Part shown: one piece after another, positions 10,068 to 18,339 of the stretch
Layout: each line of letters starts with the position of its first letter
Numbering within the stretch: position 1 is the first letter of the stretch
Source: an uncultured Actinomycetes bacterium
GTDB lineage: Bacteria > Actinomycetota > Actinomycetes > Streptosporangiales > Streptosporangiaceae
Length of the DNA stretch: 64,000 nucleotides
Assembly (NCBI GenBank): GCA_963706115.1
Contig: CAVPMG010000023.1
Coordinates: 37,613-101,612, forward strand
Reading direction: 5' to 3'
Notes under the pieces: generated by a model
What the model saw: only the letters and a program-made list of their open reading frames with translations
Database searches by the model: none
Told to the model about the DNA's origin: nothing
Made by a program: the position numbers and the translations under genes

Positions 10068-11042
10068 GTGGCCTGCGAGAACGGGTTGAACGCGGCGGAG
10101 GGCCGGGCGCGGGAAGCGATCGGGAAGGCCAGGGCCGGGGACGCGCGGGCACTGGCCCGGCTGATCTCGCTGGTCGAGAACTCCGCGCCGGAACTGCGCC
10201 AGGTCGCCACGGCGCTCGCCCCGCTGACCGGCCAGGCCCGCGTCGTCGGTCTCACCGGGGCGCCCGGAGTGGGCAAGTCCACGATCACAGCCGCGCTCGT
10301 GGCCGCCTACCGGGAGCGTGGCCAGCGGGTGGCCGTGCTCGCGGTGGACCCGACCTCCCCGTTCAGTGGCGGTGCGCTGCTCGGCGACCGGGTCCGGATG
10401 CAGGACCATGCCACCGACCCGGACGTGTTCATCCGGTCCATGGCCACCCGGGGCCACCTCGGCGGCCTGTCCGAGGCGGCCCCCCAGGCGCTCCGGGTGC
10501 TCGACGCCGCCGGGTTCGCGGTACTGCTGGTGGAGACCGTCGGGGTGGGCCAGGCCGAGGTGGAGATCGCCTCGCTCGCGGACACCACGCTGGTCGCGGT
10601 GGCGCCGGGCATGGGCGACGCCATTCAGGCGGCCAAGGCGGGGATCCTCGAAGTCGGGGATGTGTTCGTGGTGAACAAGGCCGACAAGCCGGGTGCCCAG
10701 GAAGCGGTCAGGGACCTGCGGGGCATGATCGCGATGGCCCGTCGTAGCGCCGGGGAATGGAAGCCGCCCATCGTGACCACCGTCGCGGTCAAGGGGGAAG
10801 GCATCGCCGAACTGGCCGAGAAGGTGGACGCGCACTGGTCCTGGCTGGACTCCTCGGGGCAGGGGGAGGCCAGGCGGCGGGCGCGGGCCCGCGAGGAGAT
10901 CACCGCGATCGCCCTGGCCGAACTGCGGCGGCGGGTCGGCGGCCTGCCCGGCGATTCTCAGTTGGAAGACCTGGCCGCCCGGGTCGCGGCGGGCAAGCTG
11001 GACCCCTTCACCGCCGCCGACGAACTGATCGCCGCGGAATAA
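10068..11042 (+). CDS. meaB: Methylmalonyl-CoA mutase-associated G-protein chaperone MeaB/ArgK
   Basis: The GTG start immediately follows the thiolase stop. P-loop GAPGVGKST; LAVDPTSPFSGGALLGDRVRM; VVNKADK. Confidence 0.9.
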   Translation: MACENGLNAAEGRAREAIGKARAGDARALARLISLVENSAPELRQVATALAPLTGQARVVGLTGAPGVGKSTITAALVAAYRERGQRVAVLAVDPTSPFSGGALLGDRVRMQDHATDPDVFIRSMATRGHLGGLSEAAPQALRVLDAAGFAVLLVETVGVGQAEVEIASLADTTLVAVAPGMGDAIQAAKAGILEVGDVFVVNKADKPGAQEAVRDLRGMIAMARRSAGEWKPPIVTTVAVKGEGIAELAEKVDAHWSWLDSSGQGEARRRARAREEITAIALAELRRRVGGLPGDSQLEDLAARVAAGKLDPFTAADELIAAE

Positions 11043-11408
11043 GCCGCGTTTGTCGTTGTGGGCACCCCACCCACATAAGAATGTGTTGTGAAGAATGGGC
11101 CAACCAGTCCGCCCCTCACCAGGGTCGGCGCTTGGTGACCGAGTGGACCGCGAACCTGTGAGACCGGCTCGGCGGCACCGCTGCTGACAGGCTAGCCCGG
11201 CCGCGAGCCCCAGCACTACAGCCAGGCACGCGATGGCTGCCGCGCCGTGCGGCCCGGCCGTGCAAGACGGCCGGAGCGCCAGGCGGGCCGGGCACGGACC
11301 CGCTGCGCCTGCCCGCACATCGTCGCATGACCACGCTCCCACCCGTGTGACACCCTGTATCGCGGAATCGCCGTGGCGATGCTGGCAGCCCGCCCTCGGT
11401 GGAACCGG

Positions 11409-12611
11409 CTATTGGTGGTCGGCGAGCGGCTGCGCCCGGTTGTAGAGCCCGACCGCGGTGCAGTAGGCGGCCGACAGGCAGGAGACCCCGAGGAGGTCCG
11501 CGTAGGTCGCGGTCCCGTGATTCGGCACGGGCGTGGGCTGAACCGTCCAGCTTGTCCCGTCCCAGTGCTCGGCCAGCCCGGTGTTGGACAAGGACCCGAC
11601 GGCGGTGCACGAGGTGCCCGAGGTGCACGACACCGCGTCGAGGCCGCCCCCGTCAGGGGCGTTGACCGCCTGGACGGTCCAGGTGATCCCGTTCCAGCGC
11701 GCGGCGAACGGCGGGACTGCGGTGCCGGCGGCATTGTCGTAGTCCCCGACGGCGGTGCAGTGGGAGGGCGAGGTGCACGACACGCCGTCCAGGAAGCCGC
11801 CCGTGGCACCGACCGGCATCGGCACCGCGCGAGCGATCCAGCCGGTGCCGTTCCAGCGCGCAGCGAACGGCCTGGCCCCCGGCTCGGTCTTCAGGGCGTA
11901 GGCGCCGACGGCGATACAGCGGGTCGCCGAGGAGCAGGACACCCCGCCGTCCAGGTCCGCAAGGCGGGCGCCGGCTGGCATGGGGACCTGCTGGTCGGTC
12001 CAGGTTGAGCCGTTCCAGTACGCGGCGAACGGGCGCTCACCCTTGCCGCCGGACAGGTCGTAGAGCCCGACGGCGGTGCAGCTGGTGGGCGACGTGCAGG
12101 ACCCGCCCACCAGGCCGACCGATGTCGCGCCGACCGGGGGGCTGGGGCTGGGCTGGACGGTCCAGTTCGTGCCGTCCCAGTGCTCGACGAGGGGGCCCAC
12201 GCCCGCGTCCCCGAAGGCGGTGCAGTCGGTGGCCGACAGGCACGACACCCCGAAGAAGTCCCCCTGGCCCGTCGGGGTGGGCGTCGGCTGGATCACCCAG
12301 CCGCCGCTAGTCCACCGCTCGGCCAGCGTGTGATGGGCACCGGTGGTCTTGTCGCCGGAGAAGCCGACGGCGATACAGTCCCCAAATGCCGGGCAGGAAA
12401 CGCCATCCAGCCGGACCGTGCTGTTAGGCGGTTTCGGTACGGGCTGGACCCGCCAGGTCGTGCTGGCGCTCGCCGGCATTGCGCTCCCGAGCACCGCACA
12501 GAGAATCACGCCCGTGACGACCGTGGCATGTCGCTTCACAAAGGCCCCCTTGCCAGGCTGACGCTTGCTCTTCAGTTGGACGCCTGGCCCGCCTCGCAGG
12601 TTGGCAACCAT
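11409..12611 (-). CDS. Secreted 7-bladed beta-propeller-like repeat protein with one Cys pair per blade
   Basis: Signal peptide ..VTGVILCAVLGSAMPASA. Seven repeats of G(V)SC-x5/6-C-x-AVG ... (E/A)(R/H/Y)W(D/N)G-x-x-W. The start may be an internal GTG (about 12539). Confidence 0.75.
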   Translation of the reverse strand: MVANLRGGPGVQLKSKRQPGKGAFVKRHATVVTGVILCAVLGSAMPASASTTWRVQPVPKPPNSTVRLDGVSCPAFGDCIAVGFSGDKTTGAHHTLAERWTSGGWVIQPTPTPTGQGDFFGVSCLSATDCTAFGDAGVGPLVEHWDGTNWTVQPSPSPPVGATSVGLVGGSCTSPTSCTAVGLYDLSGGKGERPFAAYWNGSTWTDQQVPMPAGARLADLDGGVSCSSATRCIAVGAYALKTEPGARPFAARWNGTGWIARAVPMPVGATGGFLDGVSCTSPSHCTAVGDYDNAAGTAVPPFAARWNGITWTVQAVNAPDGGGLDAVSCTSGTSCTAVGSLSNTGLAEHWDGTSWTVQPTPVPNHGTATYADLLGVSCLSAAYCTAVGLYNRAQPLADHQ

Positions 12612-12717
12612 GAACGGCCACTAACGGGGACTGAAGCCTCAGAGGCCGCCGACCTGGGTTCGGCCATCTATCGCTTCAGAGTGTGGGTGGAGTGCCCATC
12701 ACCACAATCATGGGCCG

Positions 12718-13887
12718 CTAGGAGCGCGGGTGGCGGCGCGGGAGGGGCGGCGTCACGCCAGCGCCGTCCGTATCTGGAGCCCCATCGGCCGCCGGGTCCG
12801 GGGGCTCGGGGGCTGGCGCCTCTTCGGCGGAGGCCACCGTGGTGGCCTGGAAGGGGTCGTGGGCAGCGACCGGTTCGCTGGTGGCATCGAAGGGGTCGTG
12901 GGCTGCGGGCGGTTCCGGGGCCGGCTCGAAGAGTTCGCGGACCGCCTCCGGGTCTGTGGTGGTCTGGAGAGGGTCGTGGGCCGCTGGCGGGTCTGTGGCG
13001 GCCTGGAAGGGCTCGTGGGTCGCGGGCGGTTCCGGGGCGGGCTCGAAGAGCCCGCGGGCGGCGGCTGGCTCTGTGGCGGTATCCGGCTCGCCGACAGGTT
13101 CCGGTTTGGCGTGCCGGCCGGGTTCCGCTTGCTCGGCGGCCAGGGCGGCGATCTCGGCATCCAGGAGGGATTCGCTGCGCAGCCGGGCCTCGTAGGCCGC
13201 TTTGCCGCCGCGCACCCCGAACAGGCGCTTGGTCACCACCAGGTAGACGACCAGGGCCAGGTTGACCACGAAGGCCGCCACCCGGAGCCAGGTGACCCTG
13301 TTGGTCAGGTCGTAGATCTCGTAGGGCAGCCCGACCGAGGTGGCGATCATGGCGAAGTACTCGCCCCAGCGCTTGAGCAGCCACAGCCCGACGCCCTCGA
13401 TGACCTCGATCGCCGCGTACGCCGCGCAGCCAATCGCCAGGTAGGTCAGGATCTTCGGGTCCGTCGTGAAGGCCTTGTTCAGCAGGCCGAGGATCTTGGA
13501 GTGCTGGACGCTGAAACCGAGATCGCGCAACAGCGTCTTCAGCGGCGGCAGGGCGTTGTCGTAGGAGTCCTCCAGGGACTGCCGGGAGATCGAGAAGCGC
13601 CAGACCGCGATGGCGAGCGCGGCGAAGATCAGCGCCCGGAGGAACCGCTCGACCGCGAAGATACGCAGGATGAGGGCACTGCGGACCTGGGTGCCGCGGC
13701 GCACCACGGGGGCACTGTCCGCCGGGCCGCTGGCAGTGGGCTCCCCGATGACAAAGGTCCCGCAGCGCAGGCAGCGCCATGCCTCGCCTTCCCTGGTGGT
13801 GTGGCCGAACCGCTCGCGCAGCCCGGGCTCGTCGGGGGCGAACGTGACGTGCCCCCCGGCGCCACAGCCCAGCAGGCTCCAGTCCAT
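12718..13887 (-). CDS. DUF2127-like integral membrane protein with a repetitive Pro-rich C-terminal tail
   Basis: N-terminal CxxC-containing segment (WRCLRCGTFV), then TM helices (LIFAALAIAVWRF, YLAIGCAAYAAIEVIEGVGLWLL, VAAFVVNLALVVYLVV). The tail carries EPAPEPPAAHDPF repeats. Confidence 0.7.
   Translation of the reverse strand: MDWSLLGCGAGGHVTFAPDEPGLRERFGHTTREGEAWRCLRCGTFVIGEPTASGPADSAPVVRRGTQVRSALILRIFAVERFLRALIFAALAIAVWRFSISRQSLEDSYDNALPPLKTLLRDLGFSVQHSKILGLLNKAFTTDPKILTYLAIGCAAYAAIEVIEGVGLWLLKRWGEYFAMIATSVGLPYEIYDLTNRVTWLRVAAFVVNLALVVYLVVTKRLFGVRGGKAAYEARLRSESLLDAEIAALAAEQAEPGRHAKPEPVGEPDTATEPAAARGLFEPAPEPPATHEPFQAATDPPAAHDPLQTTTDPEAVRELFEPAPEPPAAHDPFDATSEPVAAHDPFQATTVASAEEAPAPEPPDPAADGAPDTDGAGVTPPLPRRHPRS
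12841..13057. repeat. 117-bp in-frame tandem duplication (2 copies) inside the DUF2127 gene tail
   Basis: Copy 1 (12841-12940) and copy 2 (12958-13057) align by eye. Each encodes about 39 aa: LFEPAPEPPA(T/A)H(E/D)PF...AAHDP(L/F)Q. Confidence 0.6.
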
Positions 13888-13925
13888 GTCAGGCAGCCTA
13901 ATAGCAGCCGGGTGTGGCGTAGCGT

Positions 13926-14501
13926 GTGCCTGTGGCCAAGCCCCTGGACCTCCCGTTCGATCCGATCGAGCGCGCCGCGGAGATCTGGGGGGACAGGTTC
14001 GGCCCGGCGGATGCGATGGCCGCGGTCACCTCGATCATGCGGGCGCAGCAGATCCTGCTGGCCGGTCTCGACGGCCTGCTCCGGCCGTACGGGCTCACCT
14101 TCGCGCGGTACGAGGCCCTGGTCCTGCTCGCGTTCAGCCGCCAGGGCGCGCTGCCGCTGCGGGTGATCGGCGAGCGCCTGATGGTCCACCCGACCAGCGT
14201 CACCAACACGGTCGACCGGCTGGAGCGGGACGGCCTGGTCCGGCGCCGCCCCAACCCGCGCGACGGCCGGGGGACCCTGGCCGAGATCACGCCCGGCGGC
14301 CGCGACGTGGTGACCCGTTCGACCGCCGACCTGATGGCCGCCCGGTTCGGCATGGCCGGCTACGACCCGGTGGAGCTCACGGAGATCTTCACCCTGCTGC
14401 GCGGGCTGCGGGTGACCGCCGGGGATTTCCGCGCGGAGCCCGGCGCGGTGGCGGTCAGCGCACCGGGGACTCCACCCAGCGCGCCCCGCCGTCATAGGTG
14501 A
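13926..14501 (+). CDS. MarR family transcriptional regulator
   Basis: Winged HTH LTFARYEALVLLAFSRQGALPLRVIGERLMVHPTSVTNTVDRLERDGLVRRRPNPRDGRGTLAEIT. The 3' end overlaps the convergent gene by 47 nt. Confidence 0.88.
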   Translation: MPVAKPLDLPFDPIERAAEIWGDRFGPADAMAAVTSIMRAQQILLAGLDGLLRPYGLTFARYEALVLLAFSRQGALPLRVIGERLMVHPTSVTNTVDRLERDGLVRRRPNPRDGRGTLAEITPGGRDVVTRSTADLMAARFGMAGYDPVELTEIFTLLRGLRVTAGDFRAEPGAVAVSAPGTPPSAPRRHR

Positions 14502-15870
14502 ACCAGACCGCGTCCAGGTTCACGTTGGCCGGCACGGCGACGCCCTGATCGGAGCTGGTCATCCCGACGTAGGAGTAGCCGCCTGCGGCCGTCGCGCCGC
14601 GGGCGGCGCGCCAGGTCAGGGCACCGGACGCGCCGGGGGCGTTCGTGGAGAAGTCGATGCCGCCGCTCGTCGCGACCAGCACGGGCCCGGTGGGTGTGCC
14701 GGACAGCGACATGGCGACGCCCCGGGCCGGGGCCGAGCCGGCCGGGCTCCAGGAGCGCCCGCCATCGGCCGAGTAGTACAGGGTCTTGGCCTGCTGGTTC
14801 CCGCTCGCCTGGCCCGCGCACAGCAGGACGAGCCCGGGTCCGGTGGAGGCCAGCATGGCCTGCAGCGGGTGGCCGCCGGTCTCCGAGCTTCCCGGGGCGC
14901 ACGGGAGCGATGCCGCTACGCCGGCCTTCGTGACCGTGCGCCAGCCCGCCGGGCTGGTCACCGGGCCGCTGAACAACTGGCCGCCCGGGGTCATCAGGTA
15001 ACCCGTGCTGCCGGTGAGGACCAGTTGGGCGGAGCCTGGCGCGCCGCCGCTGGCCTGCAGGCCGGTCGCGCCCGGCACAGGTGACCAGTTGTCCTGGCCG
15101 GCCGGGCTCGAATACAGGGAAAACGTGGTGCAGCCCGCGGCGAAGTCCGCGCCGGTGCCGGAGCACTGGGCCCATACCGCGTAGACGATGCCGTTCACCG
15201 TCTCCAGGTCGGTCACCCGCAGCCCGTGGGTCGGGATATGCGCCCAGTGCTGCCCGCCGTCGTGGGTGGCGTACAACTGTGGCCCGAATGCCCAGGCGCT
15301 GACGCCGTCCAGGGAACGGATCTGACTGACCCCGGTGGCACCATTCGGTGCGCCGGTGACCGGTGCGGGCACGCCGTGCCAGGTCGAGCCGCCGTCGCCA
15401 GTGGCCGCGACAGAGGTGCAGATGTCCGGGTAGGGCGGACCGCAGTGCCCTGGCGTGCCGGCCTGGCCGATCACCCATCCGGTGCTGGTGGACACGAACG
15501 TGACGGAGGAGGCGGCGAAGTTCGGCGGTACCGCGGGCGGCGCCGTGGGTGTGGGAGTCGCGGATTGATTGGTAGGCCGCGGGGTGCCGGTGCCGGTCAG
15601 CTTGCCTGGTCCCGTCGAAGCAGGCTGGACCGGTGTTGCCGTACCAGAACTTGCGACGGGGGTGCTGCCGGCCGGGCCGTGCAGGATCAGCTGGGGTACG
15701 GTGATCGCGCCGGCCAGCACCACGGCCACCCCGGCAGCCGTCAGCGCCGCGCGCCCGGCTTTCCGGCGGCGCGCCCGCCTCCTGATCTGCTCGAACGTGC
15801 CTGGGTGCGGCTGCAAGGGGGTCACCCGTTCCTCAAGCCAGGTGTCGATGTCGTCGCGGGGCTCATCCAT
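14455..15870 (-). CDS. Membrane-anchored anti-sigma-like protein with an extracytoplasmic BNR/Ycf48-like propeller
   Basis: The ATG at 15870 overlaps the sigma stop (ATGGATGA). Single TM helix (AALTAAGVAVVLAGAITV), a PT-rich linker, then Asp-box-like motifs GDGGSTWHG, HDGGQHWAH, ADGGRSWSP and YDGGARWVE. Confidence 0.75.
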   Translation of the reverse strand: MDEPRDDIDTWLEERVTPLQPHPGTFEQIRRRARRRKAGRAALTAAGVAVVLAGAITVPQLILHGPAGSTPVASSGTATPVQPASTGPGKLTGTGTPRPTNQSATPTPTAPPAVPPNFAASSVTFVSTSTGWVIGQAGTPGHCGPPYPDICTSVAATGDGGSTWHGVPAPVTGAPNGATGVSQIRSLDGVSAWAFGPQLYATHDGGQHWAHIPTHGLRVTDLETVNGIVYAVWAQCSGTGADFAAGCTTFSLYSSPAGQDNWSPVPGATGLQASGGAPGSAQLVLTGSTGYLMTPGGQLFSGPVTSPAGWRTVTKAGVAASLPCAPGSSETGGHPLQAMLASTGPGLVLLCAGQASGNQQAKTLYYSADGGRSWSPAGSAPARGVAMSLSGTPTGPVLVATSGGIDFSTNAPGASGALTWRAARGATAAGGYSYVGMTSSDQGVAVPANVNLDAVWFTYDGGARWVESPVR

Positions 15871-16357
15871 GGGCTTCCCCCAGAACCGCGCGGAGCCTGG
15901 CCCGCGCGTGGTGCAGGTCGGCCTTGACCGTGCCTTCCGGCCGCCCGAGCATCTCGGCCACGTCTTTGATCGGGAATCCGGCGTAGTAGTGCAGCAGGAA
16001 CGGCTGGCGCAGCCGGTCGGGCAGGCCCTGGATGAGCGCGCGCACATCCACGTCCTGGGACGGGTGATACACGCTCTCGGCCGGCATGGCAGCGCTCACC
16101 GCGCGCAGTGCGCGCCGCTCCCTGCCGACCTTGCGCCAGTGGTCTCTGATCAAGTTTGTCGCGATCATGTAGAGGTAGCTCTGCGGGTTGTCGAGGGACG
16201 ACCACCGGGCCAGCAGCCTGGTGAAGGCCTCGGATGCGATCTCGTGTGCGGTGTCGTCGTCGTCCACCAGGCGGCGGACCCAGCCGGCCAGGCGCGGGTA
16301 GCAGGCATGGAACAGTTCCTCGGCGGCTAGCCGGTCGCTGGTACGGAACGTGCCCAC
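15863..16357 (-). CDS. ECF RNA polymerase sigma factor
   Basis: Region 2 (AHEIASEAFTRLLARW..YLYMIATNLIRDHWRK) and region 4 (LPDRLRQPFLLHYYAGFPIKDVAEMLGRPEGTVKADLHHARARL). GTG 16357 is preceded by GGGGAGAG; the ORF opens at 16459. Confidence 0.85.
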   Translation of the reverse strand: MGTFRTSDRLAAEELFHACYPRLAGWVRRLVDDDDTAHEIASEAFTRLLARWSSLDNPQSYLYMIATNLIRDHWRKVGRERRALRAVSAAMPAESVYHPSQDVDVRALIQGLPDRLRQPFLLHYYAGFPIKDVAEMLGRPEGTVKADLHHARARLRAVLGEAHG

Positions 16358-16598
16358 GTTCTCTCCCCGGCTGGATGTGCCCGAGGGGGTAACCCACGCC
16401 CCTGCCAAGGTCACCATTCTCGGTGCGGGCGCGGCCACCTCGGCAGGTCCGGTTTGCACAGGTCTACCACACCTTCCGAGCCGTATTTGGATGGTGTCCG
16501 GGCACGGCCCCGTACTGCCCGGGCATTACCTGAGACGGCGCAGGAGCCGCTCGGGTTGCGGGCAATCCGGGCCGCCGGGCCGGGGAGTTACACTGGAG

Positions 16599-16630
16599 GC
16601 CGAGATAGTAGGACGTCCTACTATCTCGGC
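16599..16630. promoter_or_regulatory. Perfect 32-bp palindrome (candidate operator or 5'-UTR hairpin) immediately upstream of the mutase RBS
   Basis: GCCGAGATAGTAGGAC|GTCCTACTATCTCGGC. It ends 6 nt before GGAGGA (16637-16642) and 17 nt before ATG 16648. It is about 50% GC in a much GC-richer context. Confidence 0.6.
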
Positions 16631-16647
16631 AATCGCGGAGGATCTCC

Positions 16648-18339
16648 ATGGACGCACCCACCACACCCGACGCGCGGGCGGCCGAGGACGGCAGGCGCCG
16701 CTGGCAGCGCCGCTACGACTCCGCGCGGCGGCGCGAGGCGGATTTCACCACGCTGTCCGGCGTCGAGGTGGATCCGGTGTACGGGCCGCCGCCCGGCGCC
16801 GTGGTGCCCGGCTTCGCCCGGATCGGCTGGCCGGGTGAGTTCCCGTTCACCCGTGGCCTGTACCCGGCCGGATACCGGGGGAGGGCCTGGACGATCCGCC
16901 AGTTCTCCGGGTTCGGCAACGCGCAACAGACCAACGAGCGGTACAAGATGCTGCTGAGGGCGGGCGGTGCCGGGCTCTCGGTCGCGTTCGACATGCCGAC
17001 ACTGATGGGACGCGACTCCGACGAGCCGCGCGCGGCGGGCGAGGTCGGTCACTGCGGGGTGGCCATCGACTCGGCCCGCGACATGGAGGTCCTGTTCGAG
17101 GGGATCCCGCTGGCCGAGGTCACCACCTCGATGACGATCAGCGGGCCGGCGATCCCGGTGTTCTGCATGTACCTGGCGGCCGCGCAGCGGCAGGGCGCGG
17201 AGATCTCCGTGCTGAACGGCACGCTGCAGACCGACATCTTCAAGGAGTACATCGCGCAGAAGGAGTGGCTCTTCCCGCCGCAGCCGCACCTGCGCCTGAT
17301 CGGCGATCTCATGGAGTTCTGCGCCGCTGAGATCCCCAACTACAAGCCGCTGTCGGTGTCCGGCTACCACATCAGGGAGGCGGGCTCCACGGCCGCGCAG
17401 GAGCTTGCCTTCACCCTGGCCGACGGGTTCGGGTACACCGAGCTTGGGCTCTCCCGCGGGCTCGACGTGGACACCTTCGCGCCCGGGCTTTCCTTCTTCT
17501 TCGATGCCCACATCGACTTCTTCGAGGAAATCGCCAAGTTCCGTGCCGCGCGGCGGATCTGGGCACGGTGGATGCGCGACACCTACGGCGCGCGCACCGA
17601 GCGCGCCCAGTGGCTGCGGTTCCACACCCAGACCGCCGGGGTGTCCCTGACCGCGCAGCAGCCCGACAACAACGTGGTACGCACCGCGATCGAGGCGCTT
17701 GCCGCGGTCCTGGGCGGGACCAACTCGCTGCACACCAACGCGCTCGACGAGGTGCTTGCGCTCCCCAGCGAGCGGGCGGCGGAGATCGCGCTACGGACAC
17801 AGCAGGTGATCATGGAAGAGACCGGCGTGGTCAACGTGGCCGACCCGCTCGGCGGTTCCTGGTACCTGGAGGCGCTCACCGACCGCCTGGAGCAGGAGGC
17901 GGAGGATATCTTCGCGCGCATCCGGGCGCTCGGCCCGGACGGCACCATGATGAGCGGGATCCTGCACGGCATCGACACCGGCTGGTTCTCCGCCGAGATC
18001 GCCGAGGCGGCCTTCGCTTACCAGCAGAAGCTGGAGAAGGGGGACAAGAAGGTCGTCGGCGTCAACTGCTACCCCGACTCGGTGGGCCAGCCGATAGAGA
18101 TCCTGCGGGTCAGCCACCAGGTGGAGCGCGACCAGGTGGCCGAGCTGGCGCGGCGCCGGACGGAGCGTGACGGCGCGGCCGTGGACCGGGCCCTGGCCGA
18201 GGTGGTCGCGGCGGCCAGGTCCGCGGGCAACATGATCCCGCCCATCCTGGCAGCGGCCCAGGTAGAGGCCACCCTGGGCGAGATTTGTGGGGTGCTTCGC
18301 GACGAATGGGGCATTTATTCCGAAAGCCCCGTATTCTAA
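16648..18339 (+). CDS. icmA: Acyl-CoA mutase large (substrate-binding) subunit, isobutyryl-CoA-mutase-like; no fused B12-binding domain
   Basis: 563 aa. FPFTRGLYPAGYRGRAWTIRQFSGFG; GLSVAFDMPTLMG; TLQTDIFKEYIAQKEWLFPP carries Gln where methylmalonyl-CoA mutase has the carboxylate-binding Arg (EFMVRNTYIYPP). The length matches stand-alone IcmA-type subunits. Confidence 0.75.
   Translation: MDAPTTPDARAAEDGRRRWQRRYDSARRREADFTTLSGVEVDPVYGPPPGAVVPGFARIGWPGEFPFTRGLYPAGYRGRAWTIRQFSGFGNAQQTNERYKMLLRAGGAGLSVAFDMPTLMGRDSDEPRAAGEVGHCGVAIDSARDMEVLFEGIPLAEVTTSMTISGPAIPVFCMYLAAAQRQGAEISVLNGTLQTDIFKEYIAQKEWLFPPQPHLRLIGDLMEFCAAEIPNYKPLSVSGYHIREAGSTAAQELAFTLADGFGYTELGLSRGLDVDTFAPGLSFFFDAHIDFFEEIAKFRAARRIWARWMRDTYGARTERAQWLRFHTQTAGVSLTAQQPDNNVVRTAIEALAAVLGGTNSLHTNALDEVLALPSERAAEIALRTQQVIMEETGVVNVADPLGGSWYLEALTDRLEQEAEDIFARIRALGPDGTMMSGILHGIDTGWFSAEIAEAAFAYQQKLEKGDKKVVGVNCYPDSVGQPIEILRVSHQVERDQVAELARRRTERDGAAVDRALAEVVAAARSAGNMIPPILAAAQVEATLGEICGVLRDEWGIYSESPVF

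Noticed and set aside
11043-11408. 366-nt gap after meaB with overlapping ORFs (11116-11628 minus, 11233-11445 plus) and an AT-richer patch near 11070-11100
   Set aside because: The ORF translations are Arg/Pro/Gly-rich with no motifs and overlap the propeller gene 3' end. No tRNA-like or terminator structure could be supported.
11409-16357. Genomic island or mobile element interpretation of the block between meaB and the mutase gene
   Set aside because: No integrase, transposase, tRNA target or flanking direct repeats are visible, so it is reported only as a synteny question, not as a mobile element.
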